The notes under the pieces were generated by a model. It had not been told where the DNA came from. It saw only the letters and a program-made list of their open reading frames with translations, and ran no database searches. Of a stretch of 64,000 nucleotides of DNA, positions 10,872-20,305 are shown one piece after another. Each line of letters opens with the position of its first letter. Within the stretch, counting starts at the first letter, position 1. The position numbers and the translations under genes are program-made. The stretch is taken from assembly GCF_058153355.1 (NCBI RefSeq), contig NZ_CM177019.1, one strand, 5' to 3'.

Positions 10872-11790
10872 ATTTAGCCATGTCAGCAAACTGTTCGGCA
10901 CACAAAAAGCCGTTAACGATCTCAATCTCAATTTTCAGGAAGGGAGTTTTTCGGTGCTGATTGGTACATCAGGCTCCGGTAAATCCACCACATTGAAAAT
11001 GATCAACCGTCTGGTAGAGCATGACAGCGGAGTGATCCGCTTTGCCGGAGAAGAAATTCGCTCGCTGCCAGTGCTGGAGTTACGCCGCCGGATGGGCTAT
11101 GCCATTCAATCTATTGGCCTGTTTCCCCACTGGAGCGTGGCGCAAAACATTGCTACTGTGCCGCAATTACAAAAATGGTCGCGGGCGCGGATCGACGACC
11201 GTATCGACGAATTAATGGCGCTACTGGGGCTGGAGCCGAATTTGCGTGAGCGTTATCCGCATCAGCTTTCCGGCGGTCAGCAGCAACGTGTGGGAGTGGC
11301 CCGCGCACTGGCTGCCGATCCGCAAGTCTTACTGATGGATGAACCCTTTGGCGCACTGGACCCGGTAACGCGCGGCGCGTTGCAACAAGAGATGACGCGT
11401 ATTCACCGTTTGTTAGGGCGCACCATTGTGCTGGTCACTCATGATATTGATGAGGCGCTACGGCTGGCAGAACATCTGGTATTGATGGATCACGGTGAAG
11501 TGGTGCAGCAGGGCAATCCGCTGACGATGCTGACTCGTCCGGCGAATGAATTTGTCCGCCAGTTTTTTGGCCGTAGTGAACTGGGTGTGCGCCTGCTTTC
11601 GTTACGTAGCGTGGCGGATTATGTGCGCCGCGAAGAGCGGGCTGAAGGTGAGGCGCTGGCAGAAGAAATGACGCTACGCGATGCGCTCTCCCTGTTTGTC
11701 GCGCGGGGATGCGAAGTGCTGCCGGTGGTGAACACGCAGGGCCAGCCTTGCGGTACGCTGCATTTTCAGGATCTGCTGGTGGAGGCGTAA
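10864..11790 (+). CDS. yehX: ABC transporter ATP-binding protein
   Basis: Walker A (GTSGSGKST), ABC signature (LSGGQQQR), Walker B (LLMDEP); overlaps the yehY stop by 8 nt. Confidence 0.9.
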   Translation: MIEFSHVSKLFGTQKAVNDLNLNFQEGSFSVLIGTSGSGKSTTLKMINRLVEHDSGVIRFAGEEIRSLPVLELRRRMGYAIQSIGLFPHWSVAQNIATVPQLQKWSRARIDDRIDELMALLGLEPNLRERYPHQLSGGQQQRVGVARALAADPQVLLMDEPFGALDPVTRGALQQEMTRIHRLLGRTIVLVTHDIDEALRLAEHLVLMDHGEVVQQGNPLTMLTRPANEFVRQFFGRSELGVRLLSLRSVADYVRREERAEGEALAEEMTLRDALSLFVARGCEVLPVVNTQGQPCGTLHFQDLLVEA

Positions 11791-11794
11791 GCGT

Positions 11795-12526
11795 ATGAAG
11801 ATGTTGCGCGATCCGCTGTTCTGGCTCATTGCTCTGTTTGTGGCGCTGATTTTCTGGCTGCCTTACAGCCAGCCGCTGTTTTCTGCCTTGTTCCCACAAC
11901 TGCCACGACCCGTTTATCAGCAAGAAAGTTTTGCCGTCCTGGCGCTGGCCCATTTCTGGCTGGTGGGAATTTCGAGTTTGTTTGCTGTGATCATTGGCGT
12001 TGGTGCCGGAATTGCCGTCACTCGACCGTGGGGTGCGGAATTTCGCCCACTGGTAGAAACTATCGCTGCCGTTGGGCAGACTTTTCCGCCCGTCGCGGTG
12101 CTGGCGATTGCTGTTCCGGTGATGGGGTTTGGTCTGCAACCGGCGATTATCGCCTTGATCCTGTACGGTGTGCTGCCCGTCCTGCAGGCGACACTTGCCG
12201 GGCTGGGATCGATTGATGCCAGCGTGACAGAAGTTGCTAAAGGTATGGGAATGAGCCGTGGTCAGCAACTGCGTAAGGTCGAGCTACCGCTGGCGGCTCC
12301 GGTGATTCTGGCGGGCGTGCGAACTTCGGTGATTATCAACATTGGTACGGCGACGATCGCCTCAACGGTAGGGGCCAGCACGCTGGGTACGCCCATCATC
12401 ATCGGGCTTAGCGGATTTAATACCGCGTATGTGATCCAGGGGGCGTTACTGGTGGCACTGGCGGCGATCATCGCAGACCGCCTGTTTGAAAGGCTGGTGC
12501 AGGCGCTTAGCCAGCACGCAAAATAA
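11795..12526 (+). CDS. yehW: ABC transporter permease
   Basis: Multi-TM permease ORF immediately after yehX. Confidence 0.85.
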
Positions 12527-12614
12527 AGGTATAACCTGCGAGCATGACGCCACCAATTCCGCCTAACGCCATAAACAGGAACAGGGCGATGACCCCAATT
12601 TTAGCTATGCGCAT
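12507..12614 (-). CDS. yohO: 35-aa small membrane protein convergent with, and overlapping, the 3' end of yehW
   Basis: Minus-strand [38 protein letters not shown] with one predicted TM helix; absent from the supplied ORF track because it is below the size cutoff. The gene name is from memory. Confidence 0.5.
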
Positions 12615-12673
12615 AATGCACTCCTTATGTTAACGAAAGGATTGTACAGTAAAGCGCATTTGTTAACGAATCA

Positions 12674-13405
12674 TTAAATGCCGAGTGGGAAAATATCATG
12701 GCCTTGTTCCTGCCAACTGGTAAGTTGCTGCTGTTGGGCAGAGGTTCGATTTTCACCGCACCACACCAGCAATGTACGGCCTTCGAACAGTTCAGGGCGT
12801 AGTTGATTGAGCGAGTGGGCGAGGACATCAATGCGCCAGCCCTGTTGACTGGCAATCCAGCCCTCTAGCCACAGACGGGTGGTATCCTGAATATTCCAGC
12901 CAACCACCAGCGCATCTTTACCCTGTTTTTTACGTGCCGAAGCCAGACAAATGGCGATGTAGTTGATCAGTACGCCGTCGAGGATCGCCAGCAGCGCCTG
13001 GAGAGTCGGTTGTTGGCACTGAAGTCGTCGGCGCAGAGGAATAAACAGGTGCGTGGTGAGTGTCTGGGCGGGGTAATCCTGACCGCGCTCTTTGATCCAC
13101 GTTCGCAGGCTATGCAGATTGCCGCTTTGCAGGTAAGTCAGTAATGTTTCTTGCTGATCGCGCCAGCCGTTCTGCACATCAACATTTTCATTACTGAGCA
13201 GCATTTTAACTTTGCTGACCTGCACGCCGTTGTCGATCCAGCGTTTGATCTCGCGGATCCGGTCAATATCGGCATCATTGAACAGCCGATGACCGCCGTC
13301 TGTCCGTTGCGGTTTCAGCAATCCGTAACGCCTCTGCCACGCGCGTAACGTGACAGGGTTAATATCACAAAGCAACGCCACTTCACCAATTGTGTAAAGC
13401 GCCAT
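12674..13405 (-). CDS. mlrA: MerR-family transcriptional regulator (activator of csgD)
   Basis: N-terminal MerR-type HTH (YTIGEVALLCDINPVTLRAWQRRYGLL). Confidence 0.85.
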   Translation of the reverse strand: MALYTIGEVALLCDINPVTLRAWQRRYGLLKPQRTDGGHRLFNDADIDRIREIKRWIDNGVQVSKVKMLLSNENVDVQNGWRDQQETLLTYLQSGNLHSLRTWIKERGQDYPAQTLTTHLFIPLRRRLQCQQPTLQALLAILDGVLINYIAICLASARKKQGKDALVVGWNIQDTTRLWLEGWIASQQGWRIDVLAHSLNQLRPELFEGRTLLVWCGENRTSAQQQQLTSWQEQGHDIFPLGI

Positions 13406-13626
13406 CGTCTCACCCTTGCTCGCGAGGTCCCAGTTTAACTTTAGACGCAGTTTTGCGAACCAGGTAGTTTTGCCCGTTTTTTGTTCATCTATAGGGTGAT
13501 TTTATTTTTGCCAGGCGATTTTGAGTGATCGTACTCACGAATTCTCATTTTTTTGCAAGAGTTCAAAGAAAGTTAAACGCAGGCAATGTATGTTACGCGT
13601 TTTAAAGGGAAGTGTGGTTTGCGGGT

Positions 13627-15312
13627 ATGTACGATTTTAATCTGGTGTTGCTGCTGCTTCAGCAGATGTGCGTTTTTTTAGTCATTGCGTGGTTAATGAG
13701 TAAAACGCCATTATTCATACCGTTAATGCAGGTCACGGTTCGTCTGCCGCATAAATTTCTCTGCTACATCGTCTTTTCCATCTTCTGCATCATGGGCACT
13801 TGGTTTGGGCTGCACATTGACGATTCTATTGCCAATACCCGTGCGATTGGTGCGGTAATGGGCGGCTTACTCGGCGGTCCGGTCGTCGGTGGGCTGGTTG
13901 GTCTGACCGGCGGGTTACATCGATATTCGATGGGGGGCATGACCGCGCTAAGTTGCATGATCTCGACCATCGTTGAAGGATTGCTCGGCGGCCTGGTACA
14001 CAGCATCCTGATCCGTCGCGGGCGCACTGATAAAGTCTTTAACCCCATTACCGCCGGTGCCGTCACGTTCGTCGCTGAAATGGTGCAAATGTTGATCATC
14101 CTGGCGATCGCCCGACCTTATGAAGATGCGGTGCGTCTGGTGAGTAATATTGCTGCGCCAATGATGGTCACCAATACCGTCGGCGCGGCGCTGTTTATGC
14201 GTATATTGCTCGATAAACGCGCGATGTTTGAAAAATACACTTCGGCTTTTTCTGCTACTGCGCTGAAAGTGGCTGCCTCGACGGAAGGCATTTTGCGCCA
14301 GGGGTTTAACGAAGTGAACAGCATGAAAGTGGCACAGGTGCTGTATCAGGAGCTGGATATTGGTGCAGTCGCGATTACCGATCGAGAGAAATTGCTGGCC
14401 TTTACCGGAATTGGTGACGACCACCATTTACCTGGTAAACCGATTTCTTCGACTTACACCTTAAAAGCGATTGAAACCGGTGAAGTGGTCTACGCCGATG
14501 GCAACGAAGTGCCTTACCGTTGCTCGTTGCATCCGCAATGCAAACTGGGTTCGACGCTGGTGATTCCGTTGCGTGGTGAAAATCAGCGGGTGATGGGCAC
14601 CATCAAATTGTATGAAGCCAAAAACCGTTTGTTCAGTTCAATCAATCGCACGCTGGGCGAGGGGATTGCGCAACTGCTTTCGGCGCAGATCCTCGCCGGG
14701 CAATATGAGCGGCAAAAAGCGATGCTCACCCAGTCAGAGATCAAACTGCTTCACGCTCAGGTGAACCCCCATTTTTTGTTTAATGCGCTTAACACCATTA
14801 AAGCGGTGATCCGCCGCGACAGCGAACAGGCCAGCCAGCTGGTGCAGTATCTTTCCACTTTTTTCCGCAAAAACTTAAAGCGGCCTTCGGAGTTTGTTAC
14901 TCTCGCCGACGAAATTGAACATGTGAACGCTTATCTGCAAATTGAAAAGGCGCGCTTCCAGTCGCGGTTGCAGGTCAGCATTGCTATTCCGCAAGAATTA
15001 TCCCAGCAGCAATTGCCCGCGTTTACCCTGCAACCGATTGTGGAAAACGCCATTAAACATGGGACATCACAACTGCTGGATACAGGGCGAGTAGCAATCA
15101 GCGCCCGACGTGAGGGGCAACATTTGATGCTGGAGATCGAAGACAATGCTGGCTTGTATCAACCGGTAACCAATGCCAGCGGGCTGGGGATGAATCTGGT
15201 GGATAAGCGTTTACGTGAACGGTTTGGCGATGACTATGGGATAAGCGTCGCCTGTGAACCTGATAATTACACCCGAATAACGTTACGACTGCCATGGAGG
15301 GACGAGGCATGA
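13627..15312 (+). CDS. btsS: LytS-type sensor histidine kinase
   Basis: N-terminal multi-TM 5TMR-LYT-like region followed by a histidine-kinase core; start at [12 protein letters not shown]… (ATG downstream of the GTG that opens the track ORF). Confidence 0.9.
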   Translation: MYDFNLVLLLLQQMCVFLVIAWLMSKTPLFIPLMQVTVRLPHKFLCYIVFSIFCIMGTWFGLHIDDSIANTRAIGAVMGGLLGGPVVGGLVGLTGGLHRYSMGGMTALSCMISTIVEGLLGGLVHSILIRRGRTDKVFNPITAGAVTFVAEMVQMLIILAIARPYEDAVRLVSNIAAPMMVTNTVGAALFMRILLDKRAMFEKYTSAFSATALKVAASTEGILRQGFNEVNSMKVAQVLYQELDIGAVAITDREKLLAFTGIGDDHHLPGKPISSTYTLKAIETGEVVYADGNEVPYRCSLHPQCKLGSTLVIPLRGENQRVMGTIKLYEAKNRLFSSINRTLGEGIAQLLSAQILAGQYERQKAMLTQSEIKLLHAQVNPHFLFNALNTIKAVIRRDSEQASQLVQYLSTFFRKNLKRPSEFVTLADEIEHVNAYLQIEKARFQSRLQVSIAIPQELSQQQLPAFTLQPIVENAIKHGTSQLLDTGRVAISARREGQHLMLEIEDNAGLYQPVTNASGLGMNLVDKRLRERFGDDYGISVACEPDNYTRITLRLPWRDEA

Positions 15313-16028
15313 TTAAAGTCTTAATTGTCGATGACGAACCGTTAGCACGGGAGAACCTGCGCGTATTTTTGCAGGAGCAGAGTGATATTGAAATTGTCGG
15401 CGAGTGTTCAAACGCTGTAGAAGGGATCGGCGCGGTGCATAAACTGCGCCCGGACGTGCTGTTCCTCGATATCCAGATGCCGCGCATCAGTGGTCTGGAA
15501 ATGGTGGGAATGCTCGACCCGGAACATCGTCCGTATATCGTTTTTCTCACCGCGTTTGACGAATACGCCATTAAAGCCTTTGAAGAACATGCATTTGATT
15601 ATCTCCTGAAGCCAATTGATGAAGCGCGGCTGGAGAAAACGCTGGCGCGTTTGCGTCAGGAGCGCAGCAAGCAGGATGTTTCGCTGTTACCGGAAAATCA
15701 ACAGGCGCTGAAATTTATCCCTTGTACGGGGCATAGTCGGATTTATTTGCTGCAAATGAGAGATGTAGCATTTGTCAGCAGTCGGATGAGCGGTGTCTAC
15801 GTTACCAGCCACGAAGGGAAAGAAGGTTTTACCGAACTGACTTTGCGCACCCTGGAGAGCCGTACACCACTACTGCGCTGCCATCGTCAGTACCTGGTTA
15901 ACCTCGCGCATTTACAGGAGATTCGTCTGGAAGATAACGGCCAGGCCGAGTTGATTTTACGTAATGGCTTAACTGTTCCGGTCAGCCGCCGCTATCTGAA
16001 AAGTTTAAAAGAGGCGATTGGCCTGTAA
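15309..16028 (+). CDS. btsR: LytTR-family response regulator
   Basis: Receiver domain ([15 protein letters not shown]…DIQMP) plus C-terminal LytTR DNA-binding domain; overlaps the btsS stop by 4 nt. Confidence 0.9.
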   Translation: MIKVLIVDDEPLARENLRVFLQEQSDIEIVGECSNAVEGIGAVHKLRPDVLFLDIQMPRISGLEMVGMLDPEHRPYIVFLTAFDEYAIKAFEEHAFDYLLKPIDEARLEKTLARLRQERSKQDVSLLPENQQALKFIPCTGHSRIYLLQMRDVAFVSSRMSGVYVTSHEGKEGFTELTLRTLESRTPLLRCHRQYLVNLAHLQEIRLEDNGQAELILRNGLTVPVSRRYLKSLKEAIGL

Positions 16029-16074
16029 AAGACTGCTAAAATGGTTTTTTGCCTCATCAACACCTGAAGGCCTC

Positions 16075-16545
16075 ATGCTAAGTAACGATATTCTGCGCAG
16101 CGTGCGCTACATTTTGAAAGCCAATAATAACGACTTGGTGCGCATTCTGGCGCTGGGTAATGTCGAAGCCACTGCGGAACAGATCGCCGTCTGGCTACGC
16201 AAAGAAGACGAAGAAGGGTTTCAGCGTTGTCCGGACATTGTTCTGTCTTCATTCCTGAATGGCCTGATTTATGAAAAACGTGGCAAGGATGAGTCAGCTC
16301 CGGCACTGGAGCCGGAACGTCGCATTAATAACAACATCGTGCTGAAAAAATTACGTATCGCGTTTTCGCTGAAAACTGATGATATTCTGGCGATCCTTAC
16401 CGAACAGCAGTTCCGCGTTTCGATGCCGGAAATTACGGCGATGATGCGTGCACCGGATCATAAAAACTTTCGTGAATGCGGCGATCAATTCATGCGTTAT
16501 TTTCTGCGTGGGCTGGCAGCGCGCCAGCATGTGAAGAAAAGCTAA
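16075..16545 (+). CDS. yehS: DUF1456-family protein
   Basis: 156-aa ORF; start at MLSNDILRSV… with GAAGG upstream. Confidence 0.8.
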   Translation: MLSNDILRSVRYILKANNNDLVRILALGNVEATAEQIAVWLRKEDEEGFQRCPDIVLSSFLNGLIYEKRGKDESAPALEPERRINNNIVLKKLRIAFSLKTDDILAILTEQQFRVSMPEITAMMRAPDHKNFRECGDQFMRYFLRGLAARQHVKKS

Positions 16546-16555
16546 GACGGGTATG

Positions 16556-16582
16556 GCGGCCATGCGAAGAACATGGCCGCCG
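16556..16582. terminator. Perfect 10-bp GC-rich hairpin between convergent yehS and yehR
   Basis: ggcggccatg-cgaagaa-catggccgcc. Confidence 0.4.
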
Positions 16583-16587
16583 ACAGA

Positions 16588-17049
16588 TTATTTCACTTCT
16601 TTAAAACCAGCGGCTTTCATCACCAGTTCCATTTGCGCCATAGTGATACCTTTTTTGGCATCTTCAGCAGAAACGTTGATACCTGAAATACCCTGCAGGG
16701 CTTTAAAATCAACTTTTTCCATATCGATAGTCACGTTTTCCTGAGCATAAGTATCGGTAAAGGTTAATTTTTCTTCAACGCCAGGGATGTTTTTATATTT
16801 GGCACTTAACGGCTCAAGTGTCTTGGCAGCATCTTCTTTGGTGGTTGCACCAATGGAAGCAAATTGAATTTTGGTTTCAGAAGATTGCTTAAGAACCTTG
16901 TCACCTTTGTAGACATAGGTAATAGCAATTTCAGTACCGTTCAGATTAGCGCTAAATTTCTTCGATTCTTCTTTGTCACCGCAGCCAGCAAGAGAGAAAA
17001 CCAGAACAGATGCAACAACAAGGGAAAACAGCTTATTGAAAGCCTTCAT
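16588..17049 (-). CDS. yehR: Lipoprotein (DUF1307 family)
   Basis: Lipoprotein signal peptide with lipobox (…VFSLAGCGDKEESKK). Confidence 0.8.
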   Translation of the reverse strand: MKAFNKLFSLVVASVLVFSLAGCGDKEESKKFSANLNGTEIAITYVYKGDKVLKQSSETKIQFASIGATTKEDAAKTLEPLSAKYKNIPGVEEKLTFTDTYAQENVTIDMEKVDFKALQGISGINVSAEDAKKGITMAQMELVMKAAGFKEVK

Positions 17050-17180
17050 GTAAAACTCCATTTTATTTAATCAAGGAACTGGTGACCACACCAGGGGCCA
17101 TATAGGATATGCCTAATACCTTGGCGTGAGCAGTCCGGAACTGGAGTAGAACTCTTTGTAAAAAGCACTATTTGTCCTTG

Positions 17181-19172
17181 TTACTCAAGCAAGGTTAATA
17201 ATTGTTCGCAAAGCAAAACGCAGTTATTCATTGCTTCTCCCCGTGCCTCGCCTTCTGTATTACGAAATTGTCCCAACACATGTGCCAGCCGATAAAAACC
17301 CATCGCGGTGAGTTCATTGACCAGCAACTCTGACTGACTAATGGCACTCTGTTCCTGATAGCGCCAGCCATTATGGAGCAGTTGAATAAGCAACGCCTGA
17401 CAGCGCATCAGTAACTGATGAGTGGTAGACGGTACAGGCAGAACGCTGGCAGAAGGTAGCGGTGCCACAGGCGCAGTTTCTGCGTCCAGCGCCCAGGCGC
17501 GGGTTTTTGTCATCATCACCCGTGGTTCCAGTGTCAATTGCCCCTCTACAAAACTGACAAAGCCAGAAACCAGACTCACGGGGTCGTCTGTTTGTTGTAA
17601 CAGAGCTGCCATGCGTTCAACGGCAAAAGGAGAACAGGCAGATGCCGGAAGGGATAACGTCAGCACATTATCGTCACCTTCGCCACTGATTACCTGCGCA
17701 TCCAGTGTCTGCCGACTGCTGTCCCAACCGAGTGAAATGCACTCTTCTACTGGCAGAATAAATAAGTTATCGACCTGGTTAAGCTGTCGTATGGCGGCTG
17801 GCGGACGTTGGCGTAAATATTCCCGCAAAGCCACAATGCCCGGCTGGCGCAGTGGTGCGCTCAACATTTGCCAGGCATCAGGCGACAGCGGAACAACACT
17901 GCTTAAGCGGTTGCGGGTAGCTAATAGCAACTCGCCATCAGCACTGCGTTTTGCTGCTTGTGAAACAATTTGCCCACCCGCCAGCGCGCCAGCCTGAAAA
18001 CTAAACAGCCGCCGTTTTGCCGCTGGAGAGTTATCCTGTTCACTTCTCGGCCAACTGCGCGAAAGATGCAAAATACTGCCGGTGTCGGGATCGGTGAACC
18101 AGATGCGTAAACCATACCGCTCATTATCCTGCCAGCAACGCATACCTAGTGACACCAGCCGCAAATGATCAAGCTTTGCTTCGCCAGCAATGCCTGCGCC
18201 AATGACCGTGCGCCACGGTATGGGCGGTACTTCACCGACACTGTCACGTCGCGCCATCTCTTGTGCACTGTTCAAGCGACTGGTTAACGCCGCAAGCTGG
18301 CACAAGCATTTTCCGGCATGATAGTAGCTGGCGCGGGCGTGGAAGGCATCAACGCTTGCCCGTAGCTGTCGTAGTGATTCACTTACCCAACGCCAGTTGC
18401 AGCGTTCCGCCGCTTGCTGCGCGCGGCTGAAAGCGGCCTCGTAGTGGATTGACGGTTGGCTGATGCCTCCCAGCCATAATGCCTGACTTAATTGCTGAAC
18501 ATATTGACGACATGCTTTACCTTCGTCGCTGGAAAACGGATCGTCAGATGATGTGACGTGTTCACTGTGCATCTGCCAGATCAAATGAGTAAATTCTGCT
18601 TGTTGATTTTTGGCCTCGACGAAGGCCTGCACAGCCAGTGCTACGTGTTCACACAGCGTTCCTTCAATACAATCACAACGGGCGAAACGAATGCTGCTGC
18701 GGGAATAAAAACGCACATCGCTCATCGGTAAGCGGGCAGAGGGAATTTCGCCCGGCGTGCAGAACAACTCAATGGTGATGCCTTTAGCGACCAGCGCCTG
18801 CGCGCGTTTGCGCGTGGTATTGGGCAGGGTAGCCAGTTCTTCCTGCCAGATTGCCGGATCCCACTCTTCTTCTTTTTCCGTAGGCTGGGCGGTGGCACAA
18901 AGTCGTTGATAACTTAACACCAGCATCACGCGATGACGGCACATGCCGCTGGCCCCGCAGCTGCATTGAGCCTCTTTCAGTGCCTGACTGTTCGCCAGCC
19001 GGGTACGGACACCGTCACTGAACGTGGCGATTAAAGCGCCGTTCTCATGGCAGATTTCCGGGACATTGCCATTTTCCAGTTCCTTAAGGCTGCGCTTCAC
19101 AAAACCAGCATTGCTTAACGCCGTCAGGGCCTGCGGTGTCAGTTCTAATAATTCCGGACGTAGTGAATTCAT
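17181..19172 (-). CDS. yehQ: SWIM zinc-finger protein with two CxC-x(n)-CxH motifs; last gene of the yehLMPQ operon
   Basis: Motifs CSCGASGMCRH and CDCIEGTLCEH. The start ATG overlaps the yehP stop as ATGA, so start is set at MNSLRPELL… (36th codon of the track ORF). Confidence 0.8.
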   Translation of the reverse strand: MNSLRPELLELTPQALTALSNAGFVKRSLKELENGNVPEICHENGALIATFSDGVRTRLANSQALKEAQCSCGASGMCRHRVMLVLSYQRLCATAQPTEKEEEWDPAIWQEELATLPNTTRKRAQALVAKGITIELFCTPGEIPSARLPMSDVRFYSRSSIRFARCDCIEGTLCEHVALAVQAFVEAKNQQAEFTHLIWQMHSEHVTSSDDPFSSDEGKACRQYVQQLSQALWLGGISQPSIHYEAAFSRAQQAAERCNWRWVSESLRQLRASVDAFHARASYYHAGKCLCQLAALTSRLNSAQEMARRDSVGEVPPIPWRTVIGAGIAGEAKLDHLRLVSLGMRCWQDNERYGLRIWFTDPDTGSILHLSRSWPRSEQDNSPAAKRRLFSFQAGALAGGQIVSQAAKRSADGELLLATRNRLSSVVPLSPDAWQMLSAPLRQPGIVALREYLRQRPPAAIRQLNQVDNLFILPVEECISLGWDSSRQTLDAQVISGEGDDNVLTLSLPASACSPFAVERMAALLQQTDDPVSLVSGFVSFVEGQLTLEPRVMMTKTRAWALDAETAPVAPLPSASVLPVPSTTHQLLMRCQALLIQLLHNGWRYQEQSAISQSELLVNELTAMGFYRLAHVLGQFRNTEGEARGEAMNNCVLLCEQLLTLLE

Positions 19173-20305
19173 GACTGAAGATTCTCCGCAAGCCAGGTAG
19201 CCAGTTCGCCCGGCGTCATTGCGGCTATTTGTGCGCCGACATTTACCAGCGCCTGGGCTGTATCGCGGTCGTAGCAAGGTGTTGCGGTGCTATCGAGCGC
19301 TGCCAGTCCCAGCACTTTGATGCCGCTCTGGACACACTTTTTCACCTGATGCGTCAGCAATGATGATGAACCCCCTTCATAAAAATCGCTCACGAGGATG
19401 ATGACGCTTTTCGCTGGTTGTTCAATAAGTTGCCGACCATATTCCACGGCGCTGGCGATATTGGTCCCGCCATCCAGCTGTACTTTCATTAATAACTCTA
19501 CCGGATCGGCAACGTCTGCCGTGAGATCGACGACGCTTGTGTCAAAAGCGACCAGATGGGTGCGGATACCGGGTAACTGCCATAAACAGGCCGCCATCAC
19601 CGCTGAGTGGATCACCGAATCGACCATTGAGCCGCTTTGATCAACCAGTAACACCAGCTGCCATTGTTCGCTATGGCGTTTAATTCGGCTGTTAAAGCGG
19701 GGGGATTCGATATACAACTTGCCGTGTTGCGGGTGCCAGTGTTGCAGGTTGGCGCGCAGAGTACTTTTGAAATCGAAATTACGTGCCAGTGGAATAAATG
19801 AGCGGCGACGGCGATCGCGGACACCTGAAAAAGCCTGACGAACTTCCTTTGCCAGTCGCGCCATAATTTCTTCAACAACCTGGCGCACTATCCGGCGGGC
19901 GGCAGCCAGCACTTCGGGATTCATCAGATGTTTGGTGTGCAAAACGGCGCGTAGCAGGCTTTCAGAAGGCTGCATACGCTCCAGCACGTCGAGATTCGTC
20001 ACCACATCTTCAATGCCGTAGCGCAGTACGGCATCGCTTTCCAGCCGCTCAATCACCCGTTGCGGAAATAGTGTGTGAATACTGTTGATCCACTCAGGGG
20101 TGGTGAGATTTGAGTCACCTAATCCACCGGAGCGTTCACCACGCTGGAGCCGTTCAGGATCGCGCCCATACAGCCACTCCAGCGCGTGGTCTATCTGCCG
20201 GGCATTGTCATCCAGCCCACAAAGCGTCGTTTCTGCCGCTTCGCCAAGAATTAATCGCCAGCGTTGTAGCTCACGAGTGGTCAGAAGATCGTTCAGTTCA
20301 GACAT
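19169..20305 (-). CDS. yehP: von Willebrand factor A domain protein with MIDAS motif
   Basis: DxSxS MIDAS motif (LLVDQSGSM); start at MSELNDLL…, 2 nt after the yehM stop. Confidence 0.8.
   Translation of the reverse strand: MSELNDLLTTRELQRWRLILGEAAETTLCGLDDNARQIDHALEWLYGRDPERLQRGERSGGLGDSNLTTPEWINSIHTLFPQRVIERLESDAVLRYGIEDVVTNLDVLERMQPSESLLRAVLHTKHLMNPEVLAAARRIVRQVVEEIMARLAKEVRQAFSGVRDRRRRSFIPLARNFDFKSTLRANLQHWHPQHGKLYIESPRFNSRIKRHSEQWQLVLLVDQSGSMVDSVIHSAVMAACLWQLPGIRTHLVAFDTSVVDLTADVADPVELLMKVQLDGGTNIASAVEYGRQLIEQPAKSVIILVSDFYEGGSSSLLTHQVKKCVQSGIKVLGLAALDSTATPCYDRDTAQALVNVGAQIAAMTPGELATWLAENLQS

Noticed and set aside
11435-12268. 277-aa minus-strand ORF
   Set aside because: Antisense to yehX/yehW; low-complexity Arg/Pro/His-rich translation.
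13948-14427. 159-aa minus-strand ORF
   Set aside because: Antisense to btsS (yehU).
17422-17997. 191-aa plus-strand ORF
   Set aside because: Antisense to yehQ; no independent start signals.
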